Both the position numbers and the translations under genes were made by a program. A DNA stretch of 64,000 nucleotides from positions 34,039-98,038 of the forward strand of contig JAQGMJ010000030.1 in assembly GCA_028292405.1 (NCBI GenBank), given 5' to 3'. The notes beneath the pieces are model-generated. The model was not told the origin of the DNA, did no database searches, and saw only the letters and a program-made list of their open reading frames with translations. Positions 29,784 to 37,856 of this stretch are shown in pieces; the first letter of the stretch is position 1, and each line of letters starts with the position of its first letter. The DNA is from Betaproteobacteria bacterium (GTDB taxonomy: Bacteria > Pseudomonadota > Gammaproteobacteria > Burkholderiales > JAEUOS01).

Positions 29784-29864
29784 GCAAGCTGTATCGGGAC
29801 CGCAGCAAACCCCGCCCGGCACTGGGCGGGGACGACAACAAATCAACAACCAAGGCAAAACGAA

Positions 29865-30794
29865 ATGAGCAACCAACACAAGATCGGCTGGATCGGCCTG
29901 GGCCGCATGGGCGAGCCCATGTCCAAGCGCATCCTGAACAACAAGTGCGACCTCTCGGTGTGGAACCGCACCAAGGAAAAAGCCAAGCCGCTGACCGATG
30001 CCGGCGCCAAGCTGGTCGACAACAAGGCCGACCTCGCCACTTGCGATATCGTTTTCACCATGGTCTCGACCACCGGCGACCTGAAGGAAGTGCTCTTCGC
30101 CGACGACGGCCTACTGTCGAAGTCGGCTAAGCCGAAAATGGTGGTGGACTGCTCCTCGATTTCGCAGGAGGGTTCGGGCGAAGTGCGCGCCGAGCTGGAA
30201 AAGCGCGGGGTCGCCTACCTGTGCGCGCCGGTCTCCGGCAACGGCAAGGTGGCGAAAGCCGGCAAGCTTTCCATCGTCTCTTCCGGACCGCGCGCCTCCT
30301 ACGAAATCGCCCGGCCCTACCTGGCGATGCTGGGACGCGGCGAAACCTGGGTGGGCGAGGGCGAGTTGGCCCGCGTGTGGAAGATCGCCCACAACACCAT
30401 GTTCGGCGTGATCATCCAGTCGCTGTGCGAAATCACCGTGCTGGCGGAAAAGGCGGGCATCCCGCGCCACGTTTTCCTGAAGTCGATCAACGACTCGGTG
30501 CTGGGCTCGATGTACACCACCTACAAGACCCCGACCATGACCAACCTGACCTTCGACAAGGTCACCTTCACGCCCAAGCTGCTGCTCAAGGACATGGATC
30601 TCGGCATGAGCGCGGCCAAGGCGCAAGGCGTGCCGATGCCGGCCGCCGCGGCCACCCGCGAGTCGATCGCCAATCTGGTGGGCCGGGGCTACGAAAACGT
30701 CGACTTCTCGATCTTGCTGGTGGAAATCGCCAAGAGCGCCGGCCTGGAGCTGACGCCGGACAACGTCGAAATGAACGACGGACTGGAATCGTAG
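29865..30794 (+). CDS. NAD(P)-dependent oxidoreductase of the 3-hydroxyisobutyrate/6-phosphogluconate dehydrogenase family
   Basis: 309 aa. The dinucleotide-binding N-terminus is KIGWIGLGRMGEPM, followed by a HIBADH-like body. Confidence 0.8.
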   Translation: MSNQHKIGWIGLGRMGEPMSKRILNNKCDLSVWNRTKEKAKPLTDAGAKLVDNKADLATCDIVFTMVSTTGDLKEVLFADDGLLSKSAKPKMVVDCSSISQEGSGEVRAELEKRGVAYLCAPVSGNGKVAKAGKLSIVSSGPRASYEIARPYLAMLGRGETWVGEGELARVWKIAHNTMFGVIIQSLCEITVLAEKAGIPRHVFLKSINDSVLGSMYTTYKTPTMTNLTFDKVTFTPKLLLKDMDLGMSAAKAQGVPMPAAAATRESIANLVGRGYENVDFSILLVEIAKSAGLELTPDNVEMNDGLES

Positions 30795-30842
30795 GATTAT
30801 CATCAGGTATTCGCGAACCGGACCTATAAGGAGACAGACTCA

Positions 30843-31721
30843 ATGCGTAATTTGAATGAACACAACATCACCGACGCGGTGGTGGCCCGCTTCGCCGACA
30901 CCCCGAACCCTCGCGTAAAGGAAATCATCACCAGCCTGGTGCGCCATCTGCACGCCTTCGCCCGCGAGACCAAGCTGACCGAAGCCGAATGGATGGAAGG
31001 CATCAAGTTCCTCACCGCCACCGGCCAGAAATGCGACGACGTGCGCCAGGAATTCATCCTGCTGTCCGACACCATCGGCCTGTCGCAGCTGGTGGTGGCG
31101 CAAAACCACAGCCGCTCCGCCGAGGCCACCGAACAGACCGTATTCGGCCCCTTCCACATCGAAAACCCGCCGGCGAAAAAAGACGGTGAGGACATCGCCC
31201 TGGGCGCCCCCGGCGAACCCTGCCTGTGCGTCACGCAAGTGGTCGACGAGGCCGGCAAGCCGGTGCCCAACTGCCAGGTCGACGTCTGGCAGGCAGACGC
31301 TGAAGGCTTTTACGACGTCCAGGACCCGACCTGGAACCGCGACAAGATGCGCCTGCGCGCGGTGTTCAACGCCGACGCCAAGGGCGAACTCAAGTTCTGG
31401 ACCATCAAGCCGGCGGCCTACCCTATCCCCACCGACGGCCCGGTGGGCGCCATGCTGACCATGACCAAGCGCCACCCGATGCGCCCCGGCCACATCCACT
31501 TCGCGATCCAGAAACCGGGCTACGATCCGCTGATCACCCATGTGTTCATCGACAACGACCCCTACCTGGACTCGGACGCGGTGTTCGGCGTGCGCTCCTC
31601 CTGCATTGGCGACTACGTGCGCCATGAGGCCGGAACGGCGCCGGATGGCTCCAAGCGGACCCAGCCCTACTACACGCTGAACTACAAGTTCGTGCTGGCG
31701 CCGGAAATCAAGCACGCTTGA
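30843..31721 (+). CDS. Hydroxyquinol 1,2-dioxygenase (intradiol ring-cleavage dioxygenase)
   Basis: 292 aa. The N-terminal helical domain ITDAVVARFADTPNPRVKEII..LHAF resembles the family. Intradiol motifs DAEGFYD and RPGHIHF are present. Confidence 0.8.
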   Translation: MRNLNEHNITDAVVARFADTPNPRVKEIITSLVRHLHAFARETKLTEAEWMEGIKFLTATGQKCDDVRQEFILLSDTIGLSQLVVAQNHSRSAEATEQTVFGPFHIENPPAKKDGEDIALGAPGEPCLCVTQVVDEAGKPVPNCQVDVWQADAEGFYDVQDPTWNRDKMRLRAVFNADAKGELKFWTIKPAAYPIPTDGPVGAMLTMTKRHPMRPGHIHFAIQKPGYDPLITHVFIDNDPYLDSDAVFGVRSSCIGDYVRHEAGTAPDGSKRTQPYYTLNYKFVLAPEIKHA

Positions 31722-31737
31722 AGTTGAATACCTGGGA

Positions 31738-31769
31738 CCGGCGGGTGGCGTGCTGCCCGCCGGTTTTTT
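31738..31769 (+). terminator. Rho-independent terminator after the dioxygenase gene
   Basis: CCGGCGGGtggcgtgctgCCCGCCGG followed by tttttt. Confidence 0.8.
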
Positions 31770-31780
31770 GTCGGCCCAAG

Positions 31781-31860
31781 CCAGAATCAATAAAATACTT
31801 TAAGTTATTTATTTAACTTACTGTTTTTATTTGATATAAAAATTAATTCAAAGTACGAGA
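31781..31860. other. Extremely AT-rich segment (about 19% G+C by hand count over 80 nt) containing the inverted repeat TAAGTTA-N6-TAACTTA (31801..31820)
   Basis: Counted directly from the sequence. The surrounding DNA is roughly 65% G+C. Confidence 0.6.
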
Positions 31861-32090
31861 GAACGGTAAATCACGGTGCTTTTCGCAAAATGCAATCTGA
31901 TAAACCTGAGGAATTTCCGAAAACTGGAACTGTCCGTCATCGCCATCCGTTGCGGGTTTCTTGCCGGATTCCAGATGTATCGCAGCATCCTTCAGGGTCA
32001 GATTCGCGCGATTCCGGGCAAGCAGCAATTGCCGATTTCCGGCTCCCTGGCACCAAATATAGGCTGGTCGGCGGCGCTTGTGGAGCCTCG

Positions 32091-32117
32091 GACAAAAATC
32101 GCCCAAACTTGGGCGAT
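32091..32117 (-). terminator. Rho-independent terminator for the PEP-CTERM gene transcript
   Basis: On the minus strand this reads ATCGCCCAagttTGGGCGAT followed by TTTTTGTC: a perfect 8-bp stem, ~120 nt after the stop codon. Confidence 0.6.
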
Positions 32118-32190
32118 CGGTCGCGCCAAGTCATTGACGCGGAAGAAAAAATCGGACAGACGGGCGCATTATTCTGTTTTTGCGGCCGCA

Positions 32191-32239
32191 GCCGGCCCGT
32201 CGCGCGGTGTTTGAACCGCGGCGCGCCGGCTTTCTTTTT
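32191..32239 (+). terminator. GC-rich hairpin followed by a T-tract on the plus strand
   Basis: GCCGGC..CGCGCGGtgtttgaaCCGCGGCG..GCCGGC, then tttcttttt. This orientation implies termination of an unannotated plus-strand transcript that ends against the 3' end of the PEP-CTERM gene. Confidence 0.45.
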
Positions 32240-32966
32240 ATCTTAGCGGACCGCTTAGGCTTGCTGCGACTTCTTGTTGCTTGCGGCGCGCGGCGAAGCC
32301 GATCAGGCCCAGGCCGGCGAGCATCAGCGCGTAGGTCTCGGGTTCGGGCACGGGAGCGGTGAGCGCGGTGTATTGCAGGCTCAGGAAGCCGTTGCCGTTG
32401 AACGGGAGTTGCCAGCCTTGGCCAGGGATGGTGCTGAAGTAGCCGTTGCCGATGCCGAAGCCGGAGGTGTCAGCCGCCGTCTGGGTGCGCGACAACTGGA
32501 TGCCGGTCACGGTCGGGTCGTTGCTGGTCAGGTAGGCGATGTACTTGGTGTTGGCGTTCAGGCTCAGGCCCAGCTTGTCGAACGCCAGGGTGGTGAAGCC
32601 GCCGGTCGAGTTGAAGGTCTCGACGGCTGAACCAATGGTGGTCAGCACCGAGCCGATCGAATTGATTGCCTGGTTCTGGGCGTTGGTGCCGGGGTTCCAC
32701 TGCGCGATATTCAGCTGGAGGGACGCCGTGGTGTTGCCCAGCGCATAGAAGCTGAAGGAAGACAGCGTGGAGGCCGACGTCAGGGAGAACACTTCGCCCG
32801 CCATGGGGGAGTCGCCACTGGGGTTCGCCGCGTTGCCGAAGTAGGCAAACGGCAAGCCGGTGTTCGCGCCGCCCGGCACGTTGGTGTAGGTGTCGGCGAA
32901 CGCATTGCCGGCCAGGGCCAGCAGAAGGCCGGCGAGTACTTTTAGTTGAAGCGCTGATTTGGGCAT
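32238..32966 (-). CDS. PEP-CTERM sorting-domain secreted protein
   Basis: 242 aa. Signal peptide ...LLLALAGNAFA. The C-terminus VPEPETYALMLAGLGLIGFAARRK has the PEP motif, a TM helix and a basic cluster, followed by an extra 13-aa tail. Confidence 0.8.
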   Translation of the reverse strand: MPKSALQLKVLAGLLLALAGNAFADTYTNVPGGANTGLPFAYFGNAANPSGDSPMAGEVFSLTSASTLSSFSFYALGNTTASLQLNIAQWNPGTNAQNQAINSIGSVLTTIGSAVETFNSTGGFTTLAFDKLGLSLNANTKYIAYLTSNDPTVTGIQLSRTQTAADTSGFGIGNGYFSTIPGQGWQLPFNGNGFLSLQYTALTAPVPEPETYALMLAGLGLIGFAARRKQQEVAASLSGPLR

Positions 32967-33144
32967 GGTTGTCCTTGGTATGTTTATAAACTCGGGTTTG
33001 GGTTGAAGCGACGGTTCGGAGGGAAAACTCCGAACCTGCAGTTTGCGCAGGCGGTGTGTCAGGGTTGGTCATGCGAGCGCGTGCGGGCGTAGTCCGCGTG
33101 TAGTGCGTATGGCCTACGCGCCGGCTTCGAGCGCTTTTGCGCCG

Positions 33145-33165
33145 CGGTTACGTACGTGGTAACCG
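33145..33165. promoter_or_regulatory. Palindrome CGGTTAC-N7-GTAACCG in the divergent region between the PEP-CTERM gene and the rutE-like gene
   Basis: Perfect 7-bp arms read directly from the sequence. Confidence 0.3.
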
Positions 33166-33288
33166 GGGGCGGTGAGCAAGAGAGGGTGGTTTTCCGGGCG
33201 CCGGATGCTATGATTGCAATTGGTTTTAACTAGAACAAACTAGGCCGCATGCCTGGGTAATACCCCCAAATTCTTTAAGGACATTCGC

Positions 33289-33888
33289 ATGAGCTCTGTA
33301 CTTTCCGACGCCGTCGTCGACCAGCTGTTTCGCACCGCGCGCACCCAGAACGCCTGGACCAGCGAGCCGGTGACCGATGCGCAACTCAAGGCGCTGTACG
33401 ACATCTACAAGATGGGCCCGACTTCCGGCAACTGCCAGCCGGCGCGGGTGCTGTTCATCCGCTCCGAGGCCGCCAAGGCGCGCCTGCTGCCCTGCATGAG
33501 CCCGGGCAACCAGGAGAAGACCAAGACCGCGCCGGTGACCGCGATCATCGGCTACGACACGCATTTCTATGAGCACCTGCCGCGCCTGTTTCCGCACAAC
33601 CTGGCGATGAAGGACAATTTCGCCGGTCCGGGCAAGGAAGGCGCGGCGCAGGCCGCTTCCTTCCGCAACGGTTCCCTGCAGGGCGCCTACTTGATGATCG
33701 CCGCGCGCACCATCGGGCTGGACATCGGCGGCATGTCGGGCTTCGACGCCGCCAAGGTGGATGCCGAATTCTGGGCTGGTACCGATATCAAGACCAACTT
33801 CATGTGCAATATCGGCCATGGTGATGCGTCGAAGGTGATGGGCCGCCTGCCGCGCTTTGAATTCGATGAGATCAACAAGATTCTCTAA
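33289..33888 (+). CDS. Malonic semialdehyde reductase RutE-like nitroreductase family protein
   Basis: 199 aa. It is collinear with E. coli RutE as I recall it (..LFRTARTQNAWTSEPV..GPTSGNCQPARVLFIRS..APVTAII..FRNGSLQGAYL..GLD.GGMSGFD..). Confidence 0.8.
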   Translation: MSSVLSDAVVDQLFRTARTQNAWTSEPVTDAQLKALYDIYKMGPTSGNCQPARVLFIRSEAAKARLLPCMSPGNQEKTKTAPVTAIIGYDTHFYEHLPRLFPHNLAMKDNFAGPGKEGAAQAASFRNGSLQGAYLMIAARTIGLDIGGMSGFDAAKVDAEFWAGTDIKTNFMCNIGHGDASKVMGRLPRFEFDEINKIL

Positions 33889-33915
33889 AGCGAAAACAGC
33901 GTTTCGCTAATACAC

Positions 33916-33944
33916 AAAGCCCGGCCATGCCGGGCTTTTGTTTT
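33916..33944 (+). terminator. Rho-independent terminator after the rutE-like gene
   Basis: aaaGCCCGGccatgCCGGGCttttgtttt. Confidence 0.75.
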
Positions 33945-33987
33945 GATATTGTTCGCGTCCGTCTTTTTTATTGCTCCAGGGAATACA

Positions 33988-35157
33988 GTGAAAATCACCG
34001 CCATCCGCGAAATCGCGATCCCGCTCAAATCGTCGCTGCGCAATGCCGTATTCGACTTCAGCGAAATGACCACCTCGGTGGTCGCTGTTGTCACGGACGT
34101 GATCCGCGACGGCAAGCCTGTGGCTGGCTTCGCCTTCAACTCGACTGGGCGCTACGCCTGCGGCACGCAGATGCGCGAGCGTTTCATTCCGCGCATCCTG
34201 CGCGCCGACCCCGAAAGCCTGTTGGACGAGACGGGTCAGAACATCGACCCGGCGAAGATCTTGCCGCTGGTGATGAAGGGCGAGAAGCCGGGCGGGCACT
34301 CGGAGCGATCGGTGGGCATCGGCACCATAGAGGTGGCGCTGTGGGACGCGGTGGCGAAAATCGCCGGCAAGCCGCTGTACCAGGTGCTGGCGGAACGCTT
34401 CAACGGCGGCAAGGTGCCCACCGAAGTGTCCTGCTACGTCGGCGGCGGCTGGTATTTTCCCGGGCAGACGCATCAGGATTTGCAGGACGAGATGAAGCGC
34501 CACATGGACGCCGGCTACACCAAGCTGAAAATGAAGGTGGGCGGCGCGCCGCTGGCGGAGGACATGAAGCGTATCGAGGCCGTGCTCAAGGTGGTGGGTG
34601 ATGGCAGCAATGTCGCGGTGGACGCCAACGGCAAGTTCGAGCGCGAGGAGGCGCTGGCTTATGCGAAGGCGATGGCGCCCTACAAGCTGCGCTGGTTCGA
34701 GGAGCCTTGCGACCCGCTGGACTTCGAGCTGCTGGCCGAGGTCGCCTCGATCTACGAGCCGCCGCTGGGCTCGGGCGAGAATCTTTATTCCACCATGGAT
34801 GTGCAGAACCTGGTGACCTTTGGCGGCATGCGCGCCGACCGCGACATCATCCAGGTCGATCCGCCGCAGGCCTACGGCATCACCATGCTGTCGCGCACGC
34901 TCGACATGCTGGCCAAACGCGGCTGGAAGCGTTCGTCATTCTTCCCGCACGGCGGCAACCAGATGACGCTGGCCAATGTGGCGGGCTTTGGCCTGGGTGG
35001 CTGCGAGTCCTACCCCGGGGTGTTCGGCGTGTTCGGTGGTTTCGGCGACGATGCGGTGGTGAAAAACGGCATGCTGCAGTTGTCGCGGCGGCCCGGCATC
35101 GGCTTCGAAGCGCAGAGCGCTCTGTACCCGCTGATGCGCCAACTGGCCGAGGGTTAA
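33988..35157 (+). CDS. Enolase-superfamily enzyme (mandelate racemase/muconate lactonizing family; D-tartrate-dehydratase-like subgroup suspected)
   Basis: GTG start at 33988 (VKITAIREIAIPLKSSLRNAVFDFSEMTTSVVAVVTD). The metal-ligand region is VAVDANGKF...WFEEP..., with GENLYS downstream. Confidence 0.75.
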   Translation: MKITAIREIAIPLKSSLRNAVFDFSEMTTSVVAVVTDVIRDGKPVAGFAFNSTGRYACGTQMRERFIPRILRADPESLLDETGQNIDPAKILPLVMKGEKPGGHSERSVGIGTIEVALWDAVAKIAGKPLYQVLAERFNGGKVPTEVSCYVGGGWYFPGQTHQDLQDEMKRHMDAGYTKLKMKVGGAPLAEDMKRIEAVLKVVGDGSNVAVDANGKFEREEALAYAKAMAPYKLRWFEEPCDPLDFELLAEVASIYEPPLGSGENLYSTMDVQNLVTFGGMRADRDIIQVDPPQAYGITMLSRTLDMLAKRGWKRSSFFPHGGNQMTLANVAGFGLGGCESYPGVFGVFGGFGDDAVVKNGMLQLSRRPGIGFEAQSALYPLMRQLAEG

Positions 35158-35326
35158 CCCGCGGGTCTATACCCTTGCCATGCCACCGCCATGCAGCGGA
35201 ACGCAAGACTGGCGTGAAACAAACTTAAGCGAAGCGCGAAGCCCCTACGGGGATAGCGTTAACACCGGAGAAAAAAGCCGAACGCCTATCACGGGAATAA
35301 GCCATCGGGCTAGGCGGCCTGCTATG

Positions 35327-35339
35327 CTGTCCGTACAAT
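35327..35339 (+). promoter_or_regulatory. Operator-like site CTGTCCGTACAAT, a 12/13 match to the repeated CTGTCCGGACAAT motif, overlapping a TACAAT -10-like hexamer
   Basis: Read directly from the sequence, 128 nt upstream of the LivK-like binding protein ATG. Confidence 0.4.
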
Positions 35340-35466
35340 CAGCGCGCATTCCTTGGGGCTCGCCGCGTTCGATAGCGGTGGGCGGAAGGGGCGGGGCACG
35401 CGGTTACCCCGCGCGAAATTCGGGCTACGGCCCATTAAAAGGTGTACATAAAACGGAGGCAGACAA

Positions 35467-36714
35467 ATGGGTATTAATCGCAGACAGTTCGTCAATGGTG
35501 CCGTTGCTACGGGCGCCACGCTGGGCTTCCCGGCCATCGTCAGTGCGCAGGCGAACGGGCCGATCCGCGTCGGCCTCTTGACCATCAAGACCGGGCCGCT
35601 GGCCTCCGGCGGGCTGGACATGGAACGCGGCCTGCAGATGTACATGAAGGAGATCGGCAACACCATCGCCGGGCGCAAGGTCGAGGTGTTCGTGGCCGAT
35701 ACCGCCGCCAACCCCACCACCACGCGCACCAAGGCGCAGGAGCTGGTGGAAAAGGCCAAGGTGCACGTGGTGGCCGGCCCGCTGGCCGCCTTCGAGGCGC
35801 TGGCGATCGACGACTACATCCGCCAGGCGCAGATGCCGATCATCTCGGTGGCGGCGGCCGAGGACATGACGCAGCGCAAGCCCAACCCGTGGATGGTGCG
35901 CGCCTCCGCGACCTCGGCGCAAAGCTCGATGCCGATGGCGGACTATTGCTACAAGGTGCTGAAGTGGCGGCGCGCCGTTGTGGTGGCCGACGACTTCGCT
36001 TATGGGCACGAGCAGTGCGCGGGCTTTCAGCGCGTGTTTGAGGACCTCGGCGGCAAGGTGGTGCAAAAGATGTTCTCGCCGCTGGCGGTGCCTGACTACG
36101 GCTCCTACCTGGCGCAGCTCAAGACCAACGTCGACGGCGTGTTCTTCGGCTATGCCGGTTCCAACGGCTTCCGCTTCCTGCGGCAACTGAACGAGTACGG
36201 CCTGAAGGGCAAGTTCGGCCTGGCGGGCGGGCACTCTTCGCTGGACGAGTCGGTATTGCGCAACATGGGCGACGAGGCGCTGGGCGTGTATACGGCCTGC
36301 CCGTATTCGGCCGACCTGGCCAACCCGATCAACCAGCGTTTCGTGCCGGTGTTCCGCAACGAGATGAAGTACGACCCCGGCTTTTACACCATGTCGACCT
36401 ATGTGATCGGCGAGGTGTTCAAGGCGGCGGCGGAAAGCATCAAGGGCAAGGTCGAGGACAAGCAGGCGCTGGTCAAGGCGCTGCGCGCCACCAACATCCT
36501 GACCATGCGCGGCCCGGTGAAGTTCGACGAGTTCGGCAACATCGTCGGCGACATGTACATGCGCCAGGTGCAGCGCAAGGGCGGCAAGCTGGTCAACGCG
36601 GTGGTGTATACCTACCCGAACGTGAGCCAGTTCTGGACCTACAACCCGCAGGAGTTCCTGAAGAACCCGGTGTATTCGCGCGACTGGCCGCCGGCGAAGA
36701 ACCTGGAATCCTGA
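35467..36714 (+). CDS. ABC transporter substrate-binding protein, branched-chain amino acid (LivK/type I PBP) family; orphan
   Basis: 415 aa. Twin-arginine signal MGINRRQFVNGAVATGATLGFPAIVSAQA. The body is Peripla_BP_6-like. No permease or ATPase gene lies adjacent. Confidence 0.8.
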   Translation: MGINRRQFVNGAVATGATLGFPAIVSAQANGPIRVGLLTIKTGPLASGGLDMERGLQMYMKEIGNTIAGRKVEVFVADTAANPTTTRTKAQELVEKAKVHVVAGPLAAFEALAIDDYIRQAQMPIISVAAAEDMTQRKPNPWMVRASATSAQSSMPMADYCYKVLKWRRAVVVADDFAYGHEQCAGFQRVFEDLGGKVVQKMFSPLAVPDYGSYLAQLKTNVDGVFFGYAGSNGFRFLRQLNEYGLKGKFGLAGGHSSLDESVLRNMGDEALGVYTACPYSADLANPINQRFVPVFRNEMKYDPGFYTMSTYVIGEVFKAAAESIKGKVEDKQALVKALRATNILTMRGPVKFDEFGNIVGDMYMRQVQRKGGKLVNAVVYTYPNVSQFWTYNPQEFLKNPVYSRDWPPAKNLES

Positions 36715-36735
36715 AACACCGGCGTTTGATGCCGA

Positions 36736-36767
36736 GCCTGCGTCCCCAGGGACGCAGGCTTTTTTTT
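36736..36767 (+). terminator. Rho-independent terminator
   Basis: GCCTGCGTCCccaGGGACGCAGGC followed by tttttttt. Confidence 0.85.
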
Positions 36768-36769
36768 GT

Positions 36770-37756
36770 ATGGGAAACATGGTGATGAATTTAGCGTTGA
36801 AGCAGGCTGCGCGCGGCCTGTGCGCGGTTTTTGCGCTGGGCGCCTGCGGCGCCTACGCCCAGTCTTTTCCGAGCAAGCCGGTGCGCCTGGAAGTGGCGTT
36901 CGCGCCGGGCGGGCCGGCGGACATCATCGCGCGGCTGATCAACCAAAAGTTATCGGAAGCGCTGGGCCAGCCGGTGCTGGTGGAAAACCGGCCGGGGGCG
37001 GGTGGAGCAGTGGCGGCGCGGCAGCTTGCGACCGGCAGCTCCGACGGCCACACGGTGCTGGTGACGACAACCGCCTTTGCGATTACGCCGAGCCTGTCGC
37101 GGCCGGCGGGCTTTGACATCGAAAAAGACTTCGCACCGGTGAGCCTGATCGCCACCCAGCCGAGCGTGCTGGTGGCTTACCCGGGCCTGAACCTGAATAC
37201 GCTGGGGGAGGTGATGGCGGCGGCCAAGGGGGGCAAGCTGAACTTCGGCACTGCGGGTGCAGGCACTACGCCGCATCTGGCGGGGGAGTACCTGTTTCGC
37301 GTGCTGGGCAAGGTGAACGTCACACACATCCCCTACAACGGCGGCGGGCCGGCCTTACAGGCGGTGGTGGGCGGCAATGTGGAACTGGTGAACGTGGCGC
37401 TGTCGCCGGCGATTCCGCTGATCAAGGGTGGCAAGCTGCGGGCGATTGCGGTGACCAGCCTGAAACGCTCCACCGCCTTGCCGGAGGTGCCGACGGTGGC
37501 GGAGTCGGGGTATCCCGGCTTCGAGGATTACACCTGGGTGGCGGCGCTGATGCCGGCGGCGACGCCTGCTGCGACGGTGAATCGCCTGAGCGAGGAGATC
37601 GACAAGTTGTTGAAGACGCCGGAAATGCGTGAGCGCCTGGCGGCGATTGCCTTTGAGCCGGTGGGCGGCACGCCGGCGCAGTTTGCACGTTCGCTGAGGG
37701 CGGATGCGGCGCGCTTGGGCAGGTTCGTGCGCGAGACCGGGTTGAAGATCGAGTAG
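36770..37756 (+). CDS. Bug family (TctC-like) substrate-binding protein
   Basis: 328 aa. A signal peptide is followed by FPSKPVRLEVAFAPGGPADIIARL, typical of Bug proteins. Alternative ATG starts exist at 36779 and 36785. Confidence 0.85.
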   Translation: MGNMVMNLALKQAARGLCAVFALGACGAYAQSFPSKPVRLEVAFAPGGPADIIARLINQKLSEALGQPVLVENRPGAGGAVAARQLATGSSDGHTVLVTTTAFAITPSLSRPAGFDIEKDFAPVSLIATQPSVLVAYPGLNLNTLGEVMAAAKGGKLNFGTAGAGTTPHLAGEYLFRVLGKVNVTHIPYNGGGPALQAVVGGNVELVNVALSPAIPLIKGGKLRAIAVTSLKRSTALPEVPTVAESGYPGFEDYTWVAALMPAATPAATVNRLSEEIDKLLKTPEMRERLAAIAFEPVGGTPAQFARSLRADAARLGRFVRETGLKIE

Positions 37757-37856
37757 CCGTCGATGGTGGCCGCCGGCAAAGCGCGGCGGGCGCGCGCATA
37801 ATCGCGGCGGAAGTTCATAACAAGCCCGCCGCGACGGGCATTTCCCGGAGACAAAA

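Noticed and set aside
31843-32106. An 87-aa minus-strand ORF in the low-GC orphan segment.
   Set aside because: Its TTG start lies inside the stem of the terminator hairpin for the PEP-CTERM gene (32098..32117). It has no RBS, its GC3 is only ~55% by my count, and it carries no recognisable motif.
31876-32246. Plus-strand ORFs of 112 and 118 aa in the same segment, as candidate products of the putative plus-strand transcript.
   Set aside because: Their composition and codon usage are unconvincing. They overlap each other in different frames, and one runs through the terminator hairpin. The region is kept only as a possible non-coding transcript.
33202-33217. A sigma-54 promoter (GG-N10-GC) in CGGATGCTATGATTGCA upstream of the rutE-like gene.
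   Set aside because: The GG-to-GC spacing is one nucleotide too long and the -24 element is poor. A second candidate on the other strand near 33176 lacks the GG.
31781-33288. A mobile element or genomic island around the PEP-CTERM gene.
   Set aside because: I saw no integrase, transposase, flanking direct repeats or tRNA attachment site. The compositional dip alone is insufficient, so the region is reported only as an anomaly.
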